From: an uncultured Alphaproteobacteria bacterium
GTDB lineage: Bacteria > Pseudomonadota > Alphaproteobacteria > Rs-D84
Direction: 5' to 3'
Assembly (NCBI GenBank): GCA_944389555.1
Contig: CALXMU010000002.1
Coordinates: 116,433 to 180,432 of the forward strand
Length of the DNA stretch: 64,000 nucleotides
Shown in pieces: positions 49,561 to 59,877 of this stretch. The position numbers and the translations under genes were made by a program. The first letter of the stretch is position 1. Every line of letters starts with the position of its first letter. The notes beneath the pieces were generated by a model. The model had not been told where the DNA came from. It worked only from the letters and a program-made list of their open reading frames with translations, and searched no databases.

Positions 49561-51345
49561 ATGAGATTTGATGCCAAACAATTGAAAGAAATGTCTAAAT
49601 CTGTGCGTGCTCACGCACTGAACGCCGTGCGTCATGCCGGCTCTGGGCACGTTGGAATCGTATTGGATGCAGCAGATATAATTACAACTATTTATGCTAA
49701 TTTTTTACGTCGTGGACGGGATAAGTTCGTCTTGTCTGCCGGGCACGGCAGCGCATTGTTATATGCCGTGTTAAAGTTGTCTGGGTATAATGTTGGAAAT
49801 CTAGAATCTTTTAGAAAATTTGGTGGTTTACCAGGACATCCGGAATTTGGTATCGACGGTGTTATGGCGACAACAGGACCTTTGGGGCAGGGGGTAGGAA
49901 ACGCCGTTGGTATGGCGCTGGCAGAAAAAATTCGTGGTACAGATGGAATGGTCTATTGTCTGTGTAGTGATGGCGATTTAATGGAAGGCGTTGCGTCAGA
50001 AGCAATCGCTTTTGCCGGAAGATATCAATTAGATAATTTGGTTTTGGTCTGGGATGATAATGGAATAAGCATTGATGGGGTTGCTTTGACCGACCTGAAC
50101 GTTTCAGAAAGAATGAGAGCAGCAGGTTGGAATGTAATATCTGTCCCTGGAAATGACTTTAATAAAATCAATCGTGCGTTACAAAAAGCAACAGGTAAAT
50201 CAGCACCTACATTTATTGCTGCAAAAACAGTTATTGGTTTAGATTCTAGTCTGGTTGGGACTTCTGCGGCTCATGGTTTTTCTTTAAGCGATTCGGAAAT
50301 GATGCGATTGGTAGAGAAAAATATTTCTCCTGATGGGGATGATTTATGGGCGGCTGTGGCACACGAAGCGACGGCAAAATATGTTTTAAATATGCCTAAT
50401 ATAAAAACAGATAATGTGTCAGTTCCAGAGTCCGATAAAGATATTTCTACGCGTGAACTTTCGGGGATTTATTTACAAAATTTGATTGCAGGTGGCGCAT
50501 GTTTAATAGGGGGAAGCGCTGATTTAGGCGGAAGTACAAACGTTAAAACTAAATCTAGCATTGAGATAGTGCCGCCTAAATTTAAAGGGAATTATATAAA
50601 TTATGGTGTGCGAGAGCACGCTATGGGCGCAATTATGAATGGTTTGGCTGTGTCGGGTCTTCGTCCGTATGGGTCTACCTTTTTAGTATTTAGTGATTAT
50701 ATGCGGCCAAGTATTAGATTGGCGGCAATGTCGGGGTTACCAGTTATATATGTGTTTACTCATGACAGTATTGCTGTCGGGGCAGATGGACCGACTCATC
50801 AACCCGTGGAACAATTGCCTTCTTTGCGTTTGATACCGAATCTAAATGTCTACCGGCCATGTAACGGAGCAGAGGTTGCATATGCTTGGCAATCGGCTAT
50901 TGAGGATGTCGTTCATCCGTCTGCAATAATTTTATCAAGACAGAAGTTTGCACAAATTTCTACACCAAAAAACGCGAATATTGCAAGAGGTGGCTATATA
51001 ATTTATCCAGCAACAGCACGACGGGTAAAAGTTACAATAATTGCAACGGGGGCAGAGGTGCCTTTGGCTGTATCTGTCGCTCAAAAACTTGGGGATGCGG
51101 TTCAGGTGGTTAGTATGCCTTCTGTTGCCGATTTTAGACATCAAGATGAAAAGTATAAAAGTAAGATATTATCGGGGTTTGTCGTCGTAATAGAGGCGGC
51201 GGCAACTGCGCCTTGGTTTGAGTTTGCTGATGCAGTCGTTGGCATCGATTCGTTTGGTGTGTCTGGTAGTGGAAATGATGTGTATACTCATTTTGGGTTT
51301 GACATAGATACAATTGCGCGCGATATTTTAAGTAAGTTAAAATAA
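49561..51345 (+). CDS. tkt: Transketolase
   Basis: SGHVG..., the ThDP motif CSDGDLMEG and the pyrimidine-binding and C-terminal domains. 594 aa, somewhat short for the family. Confidence 0.8.
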   Translation: MRFDAKQLKEMSKSVRAHALNAVRHAGSGHVGIVLDAADIITTIYANFLRRGRDKFVLSAGHGSALLYAVLKLSGYNVGNLESFRKFGGLPGHPEFGIDGVMATTGPLGQGVGNAVGMALAEKIRGTDGMVYCLCSDGDLMEGVASEAIAFAGRYQLDNLVLVWDDNGISIDGVALTDLNVSERMRAAGWNVISVPGNDFNKINRALQKATGKSAPTFIAAKTVIGLDSSLVGTSAAHGFSLSDSEMMRLVEKNISPDGDDLWAAVAHEATAKYVLNMPNIKTDNVSVPESDKDISTRELSGIYLQNLIAGGACLIGGSADLGGSTNVKTKSSIEIVPPKFKGNYINYGVREHAMGAIMNGLAVSGLRPYGSTFLVFSDYMRPSIRLAAMSGLPVIYVFTHDSIAVGADGPTHQPVEQLPSLRLIPNLNVYRPCNGAEVAYAWQSAIEDVVHPSAIILSRQKFAQISTPKNANIARGGYIIYPATARRVKVTIIATGAEVPLAVSVAQKLGDAVQVVSMPSVADFRHQDEKYKSKILSGFVVVIEAAATAPWFEFADAVVGIDSFGVSGSGNDVYTHFGFDIDTIARDILSKLK

Positions 51346-51366
51346 AATCAATTACTATTTTATTAT

Positions 51367-52074
51367 ATGTCGGATTACGAGTTCGTTTTATCATCGGGTG
51401 AGGTTGTCCCAGTAGTAATTACTACTCGGCGCGGTTTGCGTAATATAACTTTACGCCCTAAAACGCGACCGGCACGAGAAATTCATATATCAAAACCTTG
51501 GCTGACGCCGACAAGTGCGGCAATACGCTTTCTAGAGCAAAAGCGAAAATGGTGTGAGCGTATATTTGATTCTGCACCACAAAAAATGCCTATAAAACCG
51601 GGTGATTATATAGAGTTTTTGGGACGTAAAGTACAATTACTTCATGATGCGGGACGGCGCGCAAACGAATTTATAATTAAAGACCAAATATATGGAACTT
51701 TAATTGTCGGGGGCGACATTGGTATGTTTGAGCGCAGAGTTCGTGATTTTATTCGCGCACAATTTTTGGTCGTGTTAAAGCAGATGATTCATACTGCACC
51801 AAAAGAGTTTTGGCCACGTCGAATTGCGGTAAGGGATACTTCTTCGCGTTGGGGCAGTTGTTCTAGTAGTGGTACCATGTCTTTTTCTTGGCGTTTAGCT
51901 TTTGCACCGACAGAAGTTATGCGTTACGTTGTTATGCATGAACTGGCGCATCAAAAACATATGGATCATTCACCGGCATTTTGGCAGCAAGTTTCTGTTT
52001 TATATGGTTTTGGCGTTGAACGTGCCAAACGTTGGTTAAATGTTCATGGCGCAGAACTTCATAAATTCTTTTAA
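51367..52074 (+). CDS. YgjP/DUF45 (M48/SprT-like) zinc metallohydrolase
   Basis: WRLAF...VMHELAHQKHMDHSPAFW (HExxH). Confidence 0.6.
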   Translation: MSDYEFVLSSGEVVPVVITTRRGLRNITLRPKTRPAREIHISKPWLTPTSAAIRFLEQKRKWCERIFDSAPQKMPIKPGDYIEFLGRKVQLLHDAGRRANEFIIKDQIYGTLIVGGDIGMFERRVRDFIRAQFLVVLKQMIHTAPKEFWPRRIAVRDTSSRWGSCSSSGTMSFSWRLAFAPTEVMRYVVMHELAHQKHMDHSPAFWQQVSVLYGFGVERAKRWLNVHGAELHKFF

Positions 52075-52261
52075 TAAAACTTGAAAAGTGCCGATTTTCC
52101 GGTATTATGAAAAATATGATAGCCGAAAAATTTTCTTTTATAGTTTTTATCCATGCCCGTCAGGGCGACTGTTTATAGCGTTTTGCTCTTTCATATGATA
52201 TAATATTTGACATTAGAATGATGCCGCAGAAAATTCGTGCGGTAAACAACAGGATTAAAAA

Positions 52262-53554
52262 ATGGAACTTAAACCAACAAAAACTTTATCGGGATTTATA
52301 GAATTGTTGCCGTTACAACAACGCTGTTTTGATGAATGTGCGACTCGTATGCAACGCGTTTTAAAAACGGCTGGTTTTGCACATCTTGATTTGCCGGCAA
52401 TTGAAAGAGCCGAAGTATTGACGGATAAAGATAACTGGGATGAAATAGAAACTCAGATGTTTTTATTCCAAAAGGGCGATACTAAAATGGGCCTGCGGTA
52501 TGACGGAACTGTCGGGTTGTCCCGTTATGTGGCGGGGCACCTGAATGATTTGGCTTTCCCGTTTAGAGCGTATCAATTTGCACGCAATTATCGTGGCGAA
52601 CGTCCACAACGTGGCCGTTATCGCGAATTTTATCAAATGGATTTAGATATTATGGGCATAGATTCTTTGTCTGAGAATTATGACGCGGAAATTGTTGCTA
52701 CATTAGCAAAAGCATACGAGTCTGTTGCAGAATTTATAGGACCAGTAAGTATTCGCGTTGGTAACCGTAGATTCTGGAACGCTATGTTTGAAAAACTGGG
52801 GTTGAATTCTGAACAGTGTCGTAATGCGTTCGTTTTGATAGATAAGAAAGATAAGATTCCGGATTTTTATGATGGGCTTATTGAAACGGTTGGTAAAAAA
52901 GCGGCAGACGAAATAAACAAAGTCTTTTCAGATGGTTATAAAACTTTTGCCGGTGGTTCCGAAGCGTTAGATGCCGCCATTGAAGAAATAGATAGGTTTA
53001 TGAATTTATTAGATTCTATGGGAATTAAAAATGCAAAAATTGATTTAGGTATTATGCGTGGTCATGCGTATTATACTGGTATTGTATTTGAATTTTTCTT
53101 GGATAATTTCCCAGAATTGGGTGCCGTTGGTGGTGGCGGGCGTTATGAAGATTTGGCCTCTAAATTTTCAAAAACAAGAATCATCGGTGTAGGTGCGGCT
53201 GTCGGTTTTTCGCGTTTAATGGTTGCTTTGTTAGATGAAAATAAAATTGATTTGTCTAAATTTGAGAACCCTATTCGGGCGGCTGTTTTAGTTATGGGGC
53301 AGGCGCAGGTACCTTATGCAATGGGAGTTTTGGCTGCTTTACGTGATGCGGAAATTGTAGCGGTTCCATATTTAGACGCAAATAAAAAGTTCAAAAATCA
53401 GATTGAATTTTCAGATAAAATTAAAGCGGACTACAGTATCATAATTGGTGACGCAGAAAGAGAATCTGAAATGTTGGCTGTGAAAGATATGAAGTCCGGT
53501 GAGCAAAAAAATCTGAATCTGTCTGATGCGATTAAACTATTAAAATTGAGATAA
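52262..53554 (+). CDS. hisS: Histidyl-tRNA synthetase (class II)
   Basis: Motif 2 FARNYRGERPQRGRYREFYQ, motif 3 GGGRYEDL and a C-terminal anticodon-binding-like domain. The regulatory paralogue HisZ cannot be fully excluded. Confidence 0.65.
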   Translation: MELKPTKTLSGFIELLPLQQRCFDECATRMQRVLKTAGFAHLDLPAIERAEVLTDKDNWDEIETQMFLFQKGDTKMGLRYDGTVGLSRYVAGHLNDLAFPFRAYQFARNYRGERPQRGRYREFYQMDLDIMGIDSLSENYDAEIVATLAKAYESVAEFIGPVSIRVGNRRFWNAMFEKLGLNSEQCRNAFVLIDKKDKIPDFYDGLIETVGKKAADEINKVFSDGYKTFAGGSEALDAAIEEIDRFMNLLDSMGIKNAKIDLGIMRGHAYYTGIVFEFFLDNFPELGAVGGGGRYEDLASKFSKTRIIGVGAAVGFSRLMVALLDENKIDLSKFENPIRAAVLVMGQAQVPYAMGVLAALRDAEIVAVPYLDANKKFKNQIEFSDKIKADYSIIIGDAERESEMLAVKDMKSGEQKNLNLSDAIKLLKLR

Positions 53555-53558
53555 TAAA

Positions 53559-54623
53559 ATGGTAATAGACGATAAATTAAAAGAGATTCAATCCAGAGCC
53601 ACAGAAATTGAGACTCAGATGAATTCTGGGGTGGTAGATAGTGCAGAACTGGCGAAACTCTCGAAAGAGTATTCTAGGTTGTCGGAAATTTTGCCGTTGA
53701 TATCAGAGTATTTTCAGATAAAGCAAGGAATTTCGGACGCAAATGAAATGTTGCATGACGAAGAATTGAAATCAATTGCATCTGAACAATTAGTTGAATT
53801 AAACCATAAATTGCCAGACGTAGAAAAGCAATTACAAATCGCGCTGTTACCGCGAGATGAAGCCGATGATAATGGGGTAATTATGGAAATTAGAGCCGGT
53901 GTTGGTGGTGAGGAGTCGGCTTTGTTTGCAGGTGATTTATATAATCAATATAAGTCATATGCTTTGCGAAAAGGTTGGAAAATAGAAGTAATTGAAGAAA
54001 ATGCAACGTCTTTGCACGGGTATAAAGAAATAATATTTAAGATAGATGGGGCAGGGGCGTACGGCAGAATGAAATTCGAATCGGGTATTCACCGCGTTCA
54101 GCGAGTCCCTGAAACCGAAGCGGGCGGTCGAATTCATACAAGTGCGGCATCCGTAGCGGTTATGCCAGAGGCAAAAGATATTGACGTAGTGATAGATGAT
54201 AAAGATATAAGAATTGATGTTTTTCGCGCGTCTGGGGCAGGAGGACAGCACGTAAACAAGACGGACAGTGCCGTTCGTATTACTCACTTCCCGACAGGAA
54301 TTGTCGTAACATGTCAGAATGAACGTAGTCAGATTCAAAATAAGGCAGCAGCAATGGCTGTTTTACGCTCTAAATTGTACGAAATGCAACGTGAAGCCCA
54401 GGTAAATGCAAGTAACGCATCAAGAAAAACGATGGTGGGATCTGGGGACCGCAGCGAAAAAATCAGAACATATAATTTCCCAGAGCAACGCGTTACAGAT
54501 CATAGAATAAAACTAACTTTATATAAGTTGGATGATATTTTGGCTGGTGGTCCAGCGCTAGATGAAATGATAGATGCTTTGATTACTGCTGATCAGTTAG
54601 AACGTCTAGCCAATATGGAATGA
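53559..54623 (+). CDS. prfA: Peptide chain release factor 1
   Basis: PET tripeptide (the PxT motif of RF1) in RVPETEAGGRIHTS, and the GGQ motif in SGAGGQHVNKTDSAVRITH. Confidence 0.85.
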   Translation: MVIDDKLKEIQSRATEIETQMNSGVVDSAELAKLSKEYSRLSEILPLISEYFQIKQGISDANEMLHDEELKSIASEQLVELNHKLPDVEKQLQIALLPRDEADDNGVIMEIRAGVGGEESALFAGDLYNQYKSYALRKGWKIEVIEENATSLHGYKEIIFKIDGAGAYGRMKFESGIHRVQRVPETEAGGRIHTSAASVAVMPEAKDIDVVIDDKDIRIDVFRASGAGGQHVNKTDSAVRITHFPTGIVVTCQNERSQIQNKAAAMAVLRSKLYEMQREAQVNASNASRKTMVGSGDRSEKIRTYNFPEQRVTDHRIKLTLYKLDDILAGGPALDEMIDALITADQLERLANME

Positions 54624-54675
54624 ACTTTCTGGGGTAAATAAATAATGGGTTGCAATTTTATACAACCCATTGTTT

Positions 54676-55791
54676 TTAGAATATATATTTCAGATTAAAA
54701 CCGCCGCTCCATCCGGTACGACCGCCGTCCCTACGAGTGATATTTAATGCGACGTTGAATCTATCGATGGATTTTTCAATACCAATTCCATATTCTGCAT
54801 AATCACGTGTATCTAATTCCTCTAATTGTATACCATTTACGATTACATCACCGCCGTGACCCATCATAAAGGCATATTTGAATGTCAATAAACCAAACCA
54901 ACCTTTGCCGATGTGTTTTATCGCTTTGATTTCAGGTGCAACTTCAAACGTATTAAAGTTTTGATTTGCAACTGTATCACCAGACATAGACATGTAATTT
55001 GCAGAACCTATCCATGTGTAACCGGCATATACCCCAGGTTGTAAAGTAAACGATTCGTCCAGCGCAATATTATACGTTGCATTTAATGCGGCACCAGCCC
55101 ACATGTTTGCAAATTCGTCATTGCCATATTCGTGTTCGGCGTTGTTATATAATGCGCCGGCATTCGCAGCAATAGATAGATTAAACTTTTGAATGTTGTA
55201 TCCGGTATATATACCGACGTATCCGCCGTTTTCATCAATGTTTATAAATTCATTTTCTTGACTGCCACCAATATAACCACCGAAAACGCCCCATTCAGAT
55301 ATGCCGATGCCGCGTTGCGCTTCACCGCCGGCAATGCCAAACATTATCATGTCTGTATCGGTATTTAATTCATCATATCCCTTGAATTTCACATCGTCAT
55401 CAAAATGTTGCCAAGTTAACCACGCACTATTTATAACAGGGCGGGGATCTTCAATCGTTATTTCTTCTTCATCACCACCATTGTGCCCCTTTATTGTGTT
55501 TGTAGACCCCTCGTCTCCGTATTCACCGTATAAGCGTGGCCAACCATACATAGGTGAGGTTCCATACATGTATTCAGATTCTTCGGTGTGTTTAAGTATC
55601 CTTGCTCTGCCACCAAGTGCTGCCGCTGCTGTTCCTTCAAAAGTTTGCATGGCGTTTGTCATTATGGAGTGTTGCATTGCTGTAATATTATTTGCGGTAA
55701 ATACGTTTGCGTATACGTGAGAACCAGATGCCAGCGCACCATTTGTTGATAAAAAGAATATGAACAATGTTAATAATGATGATTTTTTCAT
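54676..55791 (-). CDS. Outer-membrane beta-barrel protein, autotransporter beta-domain-like
   Basis: Signal peptide, G/Y-rich amphipathic strands and a C-terminal ...GGFNLKYIF. Confidence 0.5.
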   Translation of the reverse strand: MKKSSLLTLFIFFLSTNGALASGSHVYANVFTANNITAMQHSIMTNAMQTFEGTAAAALGGRARILKHTEESEYMYGTSPMYGWPRLYGEYGDEGSTNTIKGHNGGDEEEITIEDPRPVINSAWLTWQHFDDDVKFKGYDELNTDTDMIMFGIAGGEAQRGIGISEWGVFGGYIGGSQENEFINIDENGGYVGIYTGYNIQKFNLSIAANAGALYNNAEHEYGNDEFANMWAGAALNATYNIALDESFTLQPGVYAGYTWIGSANYMSMSGDTVANQNFNTFEVAPEIKAIKHIGKGWFGLLTFKYAFMMGHGGDVIVNGIQLEELDTRDYAEYGIGIEKSIDRFNVALNITRRDGGRTGWSGGFNLKYIF

Positions 55792-55902
55792 GTCTCTCTC
55801 GTTTTTATTTTCTTTATTATTTATTATAGCACATATTTTCCTGTTTCAAAAATAAAATGCTCTTTATAAATAAAATAAAAAACGAGATTTAATAACGAAA
55901 AA

Positions 55903-56661
55903 TTACCTGTATAAACCGCCGTTTACGTGTATTACTTGGCCGTTGATATAGCTGGCTTTTTGCGAGGCCAAAAATCCTACAAGACTGGCAATTTCTTCCG
56001 GTCTCCCATACCGGTTGGCAGGAATTTGTTTTTTTAAGTCTTCTCTGTGCAGTACAGGAAATTTATGTAATGCATTCGTTTCTATTAGTCCGGGCGCAAT
56101 GCAATTGATTGTTATTTCGCGCCGGGCATATTCTGCAGCAACTGTTTTTGACAGGGATGTCAGGGCACCTTTTGTTGCTGCATACGCAGACATTCCCGCA
56201 TCTCCCATGGAATAGGCCAAAGAGGTTATATTTATTATTCGACCGTATTTGCTGCGTAACATATAAGGAATTGACATTTGCATTAACTGCATCGGCGCTA
56301 AGAAGTTTATTTGTAACATTTGATTCATAAAGTCGGTGGAGGTCTTTAAAAATAGTTTAGCATCTAGCATGGCAGCGTTGTTTACAAGTATATTTATACG
56401 ACCGAACTCAGAAATTGTGTGGGTTACTAAATTCGCCGCAGCATTATTGTTGCTTAAGTCTATCGGGAAGCATATTACAGAACCGATTTTGGATGCATCG
56501 GTTTGATATAACTTGTTTTTTATTTCATTTAATGACGCTTCTTTTCTGCCAGTCAGAACAATATTTGCACCCAAATTATATAATTCTTCTGCTATTTTTG
56601 AACCTATGCCGCCAGTTGCCCCAGTTATTATCGCGACTTTGTCGTTTAAAGTATTTTTCAT
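55903..56661 (-). CDS. SDR-family oxidoreductase (FabG-like)
   Basis: TGATGGIGSKIA (TGxxxGxG), NNAA and the YxxxK catalytic motif. Confidence 0.75.
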   Translation of the reverse strand: MKNTLNDKVAIITGATGGIGSKIAEELYNLGANIVLTGRKEASLNEIKNKLYQTDASKIGSVICFPIDLSNNNAAANLVTHTISEFGRINILVNNAAMLDAKLFLKTSTDFMNQMLQINFLAPMQLMQMSIPYMLRSKYGRIINITSLAYSMGDAGMSAYAATKGALTSLSKTVAAEYARREITINCIAPGLIETNALHKFPVLHREDLKKQIPANRYGRPEEIASLVGFLASQKASYINGQVIHVNGGLYR

Positions 56662-56779
56662 AAAAAACTCTTTATTTACCGTATTATAAAAGTGTTCTCA
56701 TGATAATACTTAATTTTTAGTTTTCAACAAAAAGGGGGTGATTTTTTATTGTTTATTTGGGCGTTTTTTATTAAAATCT

Positions 56780-57340
56780 ATGATTATGAAAGAAAAAGTT
56801 AATTTAGATAGACCGATCGTAATGGTCGGTTTAATGGGAGCAGGGAAAACCAGTGTAGGGCGTGCGTTGGCGCGCCGTTTAGGGATACCTTTTGTGGATT
56901 CGGATAAAGAAATTGAAGCCGCGGCAGGGTGTAGCGTTGTAGATATTTTTTCTTTGTACGGTGAAGATGAGTTTAGACGTGCAGAACAACGTATAATTTC
57001 TCGTATATTTGATACACCACCGTCATTGAAGGTCATTTCTACGGGTGAGGGGGCATTTATAACACCGGCGGTACGAGAAATGGTTTTGAAGCGGGCTTTG
57101 TCCGTATGGTTGAAAGCAGATTTGGATTTGTTAGTAAAACGTACTAATTTTCGTGATACAAGACCGCAACTATTGCATACGGATAGCCGTAAGATTTTGG
57201 GACAACTAATTGAAGAGAGGTATAATATTTACGCCGAGGCCGATATAACTGTCGAAACAAAAGATGAAAGTTTAAGGAAAACCTTAGATAAGGTTGTCGC
57301 TGCGATTAAAACTTATGAAAAGGATAAAAAAAATGGCTAA
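56780..57340 (+). CDS. aroK: Shikimate kinase
   Basis: VGLMGAGKTSVGRALA...PFVDSD. Start refined to MIMKEK. Overlaps mscL by 8 bp. Confidence 0.8.
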   Translation: MIMKEKVNLDRPIVMVGLMGAGKTSVGRALARRLGIPFVDSDKEIEAAAGCSVVDIFSLYGEDEFRRAEQRIISRIFDTPPSLKVISTGEGAFITPAVREMVLKRALSVWLKADLDLLVKRTNFRDTRPQLLHTDSRKILGQLIEERYNIYAEADITVETKDESLRKTLDKVVAAIKTYEKDKKNG

Positions 57341-57896
57341 AAACAAATTCATAAATGAGTTTCGTTCGTTTATAGAACGGGGCAGCGCGATTGATATGGC
57401 TGTCGGTATTATTGTCGGTAGCGTTATGACCAGCATGGTAAATTCATTGGTAAAAGATGTTATTATGCCGCCGATTGGAATGGTGCTGGGGAATATTGAT
57501 TTTTCTCAATTTTTTATCGTTTTATCTGGTGGTGAACCTGGTGTTCATTACAATACTGTGGCTGAGGCACAGGCGGCCGGCGCCGCTACAATGAATATAG
57601 GCGTGTTTTTGAATACGGTAGTCAGTTTCTTTATAACGATGTTTGCTGTGTTCTTGTTGGTAAGAATTATGAATAAAATACGAGTAAATAAATCGGTACC
57701 TACGCGTGAATGTCCATATTGCAAATCGAAGATAAATTCTCTTGCGTCGAAATGCCCAAATTGTTGCTCTGCGGTAAAGCCGGAAAAGATAAAGCAAGAA
57801 AAGAACAGCGATTTAGAAAAGAGTTTGAAAAAACTAACAAAAATTGCAAAAAACAAGGCAAGCGAAATTGCAAAAATAACAAAAGGATCAAAATAA
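57333..57896 (+). CDS. mscL: Large-conductance mechanosensitive channel MscL with a C-terminal CxxC-(n)-CxxC zinc-ribbon and a lysine-rich tail
   Basis: FINEFRSFIERGSAIDMAVGIIVGSVMTSMVNSLVKDVIMPPIG is canonical MscL TM1. The C-terminus contains CPYCKSKINSLASKCPNCCS. 187 aa against about 135-150 aa for typical MscL. Confidence 0.7.
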   Translation: MAKNKFINEFRSFIERGSAIDMAVGIIVGSVMTSMVNSLVKDVIMPPIGMVLGNIDFSQFFIVLSGGEPGVHYNTVAEAQAAGAATMNIGVFLNTVVSFFITMFAVFLLVRIMNKIRVNKSVPTRECPYCKSKINSLASKCPNCCSAVKPEKIKQEKNSDLEKSLKKLTKIAKNKASEIAKITKGSK

Positions 57897-59077
57897 TTTA
57901 TGATAATTTGATTCAACTTTTTATTCGAGGCCGTTGTGCCTCGATATTTTTTGCTTTTTGTAAATTCAAAAGATGTTGTATAAATAAAATATTGTACGCA
58001 TTTATTAAAGTTTTGTTTTAATTTATTATTTTATGCTGTTTTGTGATTTGGGTGCAATAAATTCTTACTTGATAATCGGGGCAAAGAAGGGCAAAAAAGG
58101 TAAAAGTTGCCTTAGTTGTTGTTATATGGGTACAAGGGTGTTTTTTAGATGTTTTTGTGGTTGGTTTTTGCAACAGATAAATATTGTTTTCATGACGCAA
58201 TAGAAGAAAAAAAGATAGAGCGACCGACACTAACGTTGTGAGTTTAATTTTATTTGTTTTGCAAATTTGTAAGGGCGCCCTTGGCACATTTGGCACATTG
58301 TAAAAAAACATAGTTTTATTGCGGGGCAGCGATATTACAAAAGCGCATAATGTATATTATGTATAGTTATATTGTGTGAGGGGGGGGGCGAAATTGGCTA
58401 TAAGTGTGTAAAAATGTTTTGCTAATGTTCGTTGTTATTTTTTTTGTTGCGCTGATGTTTTTATTTTTTTTGTCTGAGAGCTGTGATTTTGTTTTTTTGT
58501 AGTTGTTGTGTGATGTATTTGTGTTCGTTTTTTCTTTCGAGGTCTTTGTTTGTTGTTGTGTGTCACACAATCTTTGTGTAAAACGCTTTTGTATCTTTTC
58601 TCGTCTTTGTGGCGGTTTAAGTTGAAGTTAAATTATAATACCGCCCTGCTATCATATTGTTTTTTGTCTGTTATAAAACAAATCAAAAGTTTGTAAAAAA
58701 TGCGCTTTGAGTGTCAAAAAATGGCGAATTTCTGCGATTTTTTGCAAGAAAGAATACAAAATTTATTTATTTTATAAAAAATTGTGTATAATATATTGTA
58801 TTTTAATAAAAATGTATGTAAATTATTCATAGTATTTTTGATCTTGTGGGTACTTTTTATATGTTGGTTTGTTTGTGTTGGGTAAATGCATGTTTTTTTG
58901 ACCGCGATTCTTATTCTTTTTTAATTGTTAAAAAAACAAAAATATAAATTAAAACAAATTATTATTTATATAATATAAAGTTGTTTATTGTCTTGTGTAA
59001 AATCAGTTTTTTCTCGGAAATGAATTTGAGTTTATACCGTGTTGATTTTGTAAAAAAACTGTTATAGACTCATATTT

Positions 59078-59794
59078 ATGAGGCTGGATCAAGAGTTAGT
59101 TTTTAGGAATTTGTATCCGACACGAGCGAAGGCTCTTGCCGCTATAAAATCTGGTTTGGTAAGCGTGAATTCTGTACTTGCACAAAAGCCAAGTCAGCAG
59201 GTTGCACCTGATGATGATATTATAGCAGGGGCCTTGCCCTATTCTTCTGGTCGCGGCAGCTTGAAGTTGGCGCATGCGTTAGATGTTTTTGATGTTAATC
59301 CTGCCGGGTATATATGTTTAGATGTTGGCGCAAGTACGGGCGGTTTTACGGAGGTATTGTTATCTCGTGGGGCCAAGCGTGTAATCGCAGTTGATGTTGG
59401 TACGAATCAATTGATTGATGAACTGAAAAATGATTCTCGTGTTCTTTCGTTAGAACAAACTGATATTCGTGAATTAGAACCTATTGAACCGGTTGATTTA
59501 ATAGTGATAGATGTTTCGTTTATTTCGCTGATAAATATTATGGATGTCTTGGTAAAATGGAATGCGCCGCAAATTATTGCTTTGATAAAACCGCAATTTG
59601 AGGTTAGTCGTGCTGTGGCTGCTCGTTGTGGTGGCGTTATAAAAAGTGAAGTTGAACGTAAAAATGCGGTAAAAAACGTAATTCAAAACTTTGAAAAAAA
59701 AGGCTATAATCAAGTAAGTATAACTGAATCGCCTATCAAGGGCGGCAGTGGTAATATAGAATACCTTGCATACTTGCGCCGCGCGGCGCAATAG
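59078..59794 (+). CDS. tlyA: TlyA-family rRNA 2'-O-methyltransferase (haemolysin A-like)
   Basis: N-terminal S4-like domain plus FtsJ-like LDVGASTGGFTEVLL. Confidence 0.75.
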   Translation: MRLDQELVFRNLYPTRAKALAAIKSGLVSVNSVLAQKPSQQVAPDDDIIAGALPYSSGRGSLKLAHALDVFDVNPAGYICLDVGASTGGFTEVLLSRGAKRVIAVDVGTNQLIDELKNDSRVLSLEQTDIRELEPIEPVDLIVIDVSFISLINIMDVLVKWNAPQIIALIKPQFEVSRAVAARCGGVIKSEVERKNAVKNVIQNFEKKGYNQVSITESPIKGGSGNIEYLAYLRRAAQ

Positions 59795-59877
59795 AAATCT
59801 GAAATGACTTGAATTTATCAAGGTTTATGTATAAAATTTTCTCGGTTTATAATATTTTCAAAATAGGTATAAAAAAA

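Noticed and set aside
57325-57340. The A8 run and 8-bp overlap at the aroK/mscL junction as a programmed frameshift site
   Set aside because: Both genes have ordinary in-frame starts and stops. The overlap is typical translational coupling.
58281-58300. TTGGCACATTTGGCACATTG as a possible sigma54 (-24 TGGCAC / -12 TTGC) promoter
   Set aside because: The spacing and the -12 element (TTTGGCA instead of N4-TTGCA) do not fit the consensus well. It is kept only as a direct-repeat observation inside the GT-rich tract finding.
58018-58570. Minus-strand ORFs of 97 and 67 aa in the GT-rich tract
   Set aside because: Translations are poly-K/T/N low-complexity products of the skewed composition. There is no start context or RBS. 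They were treated as non-coding.
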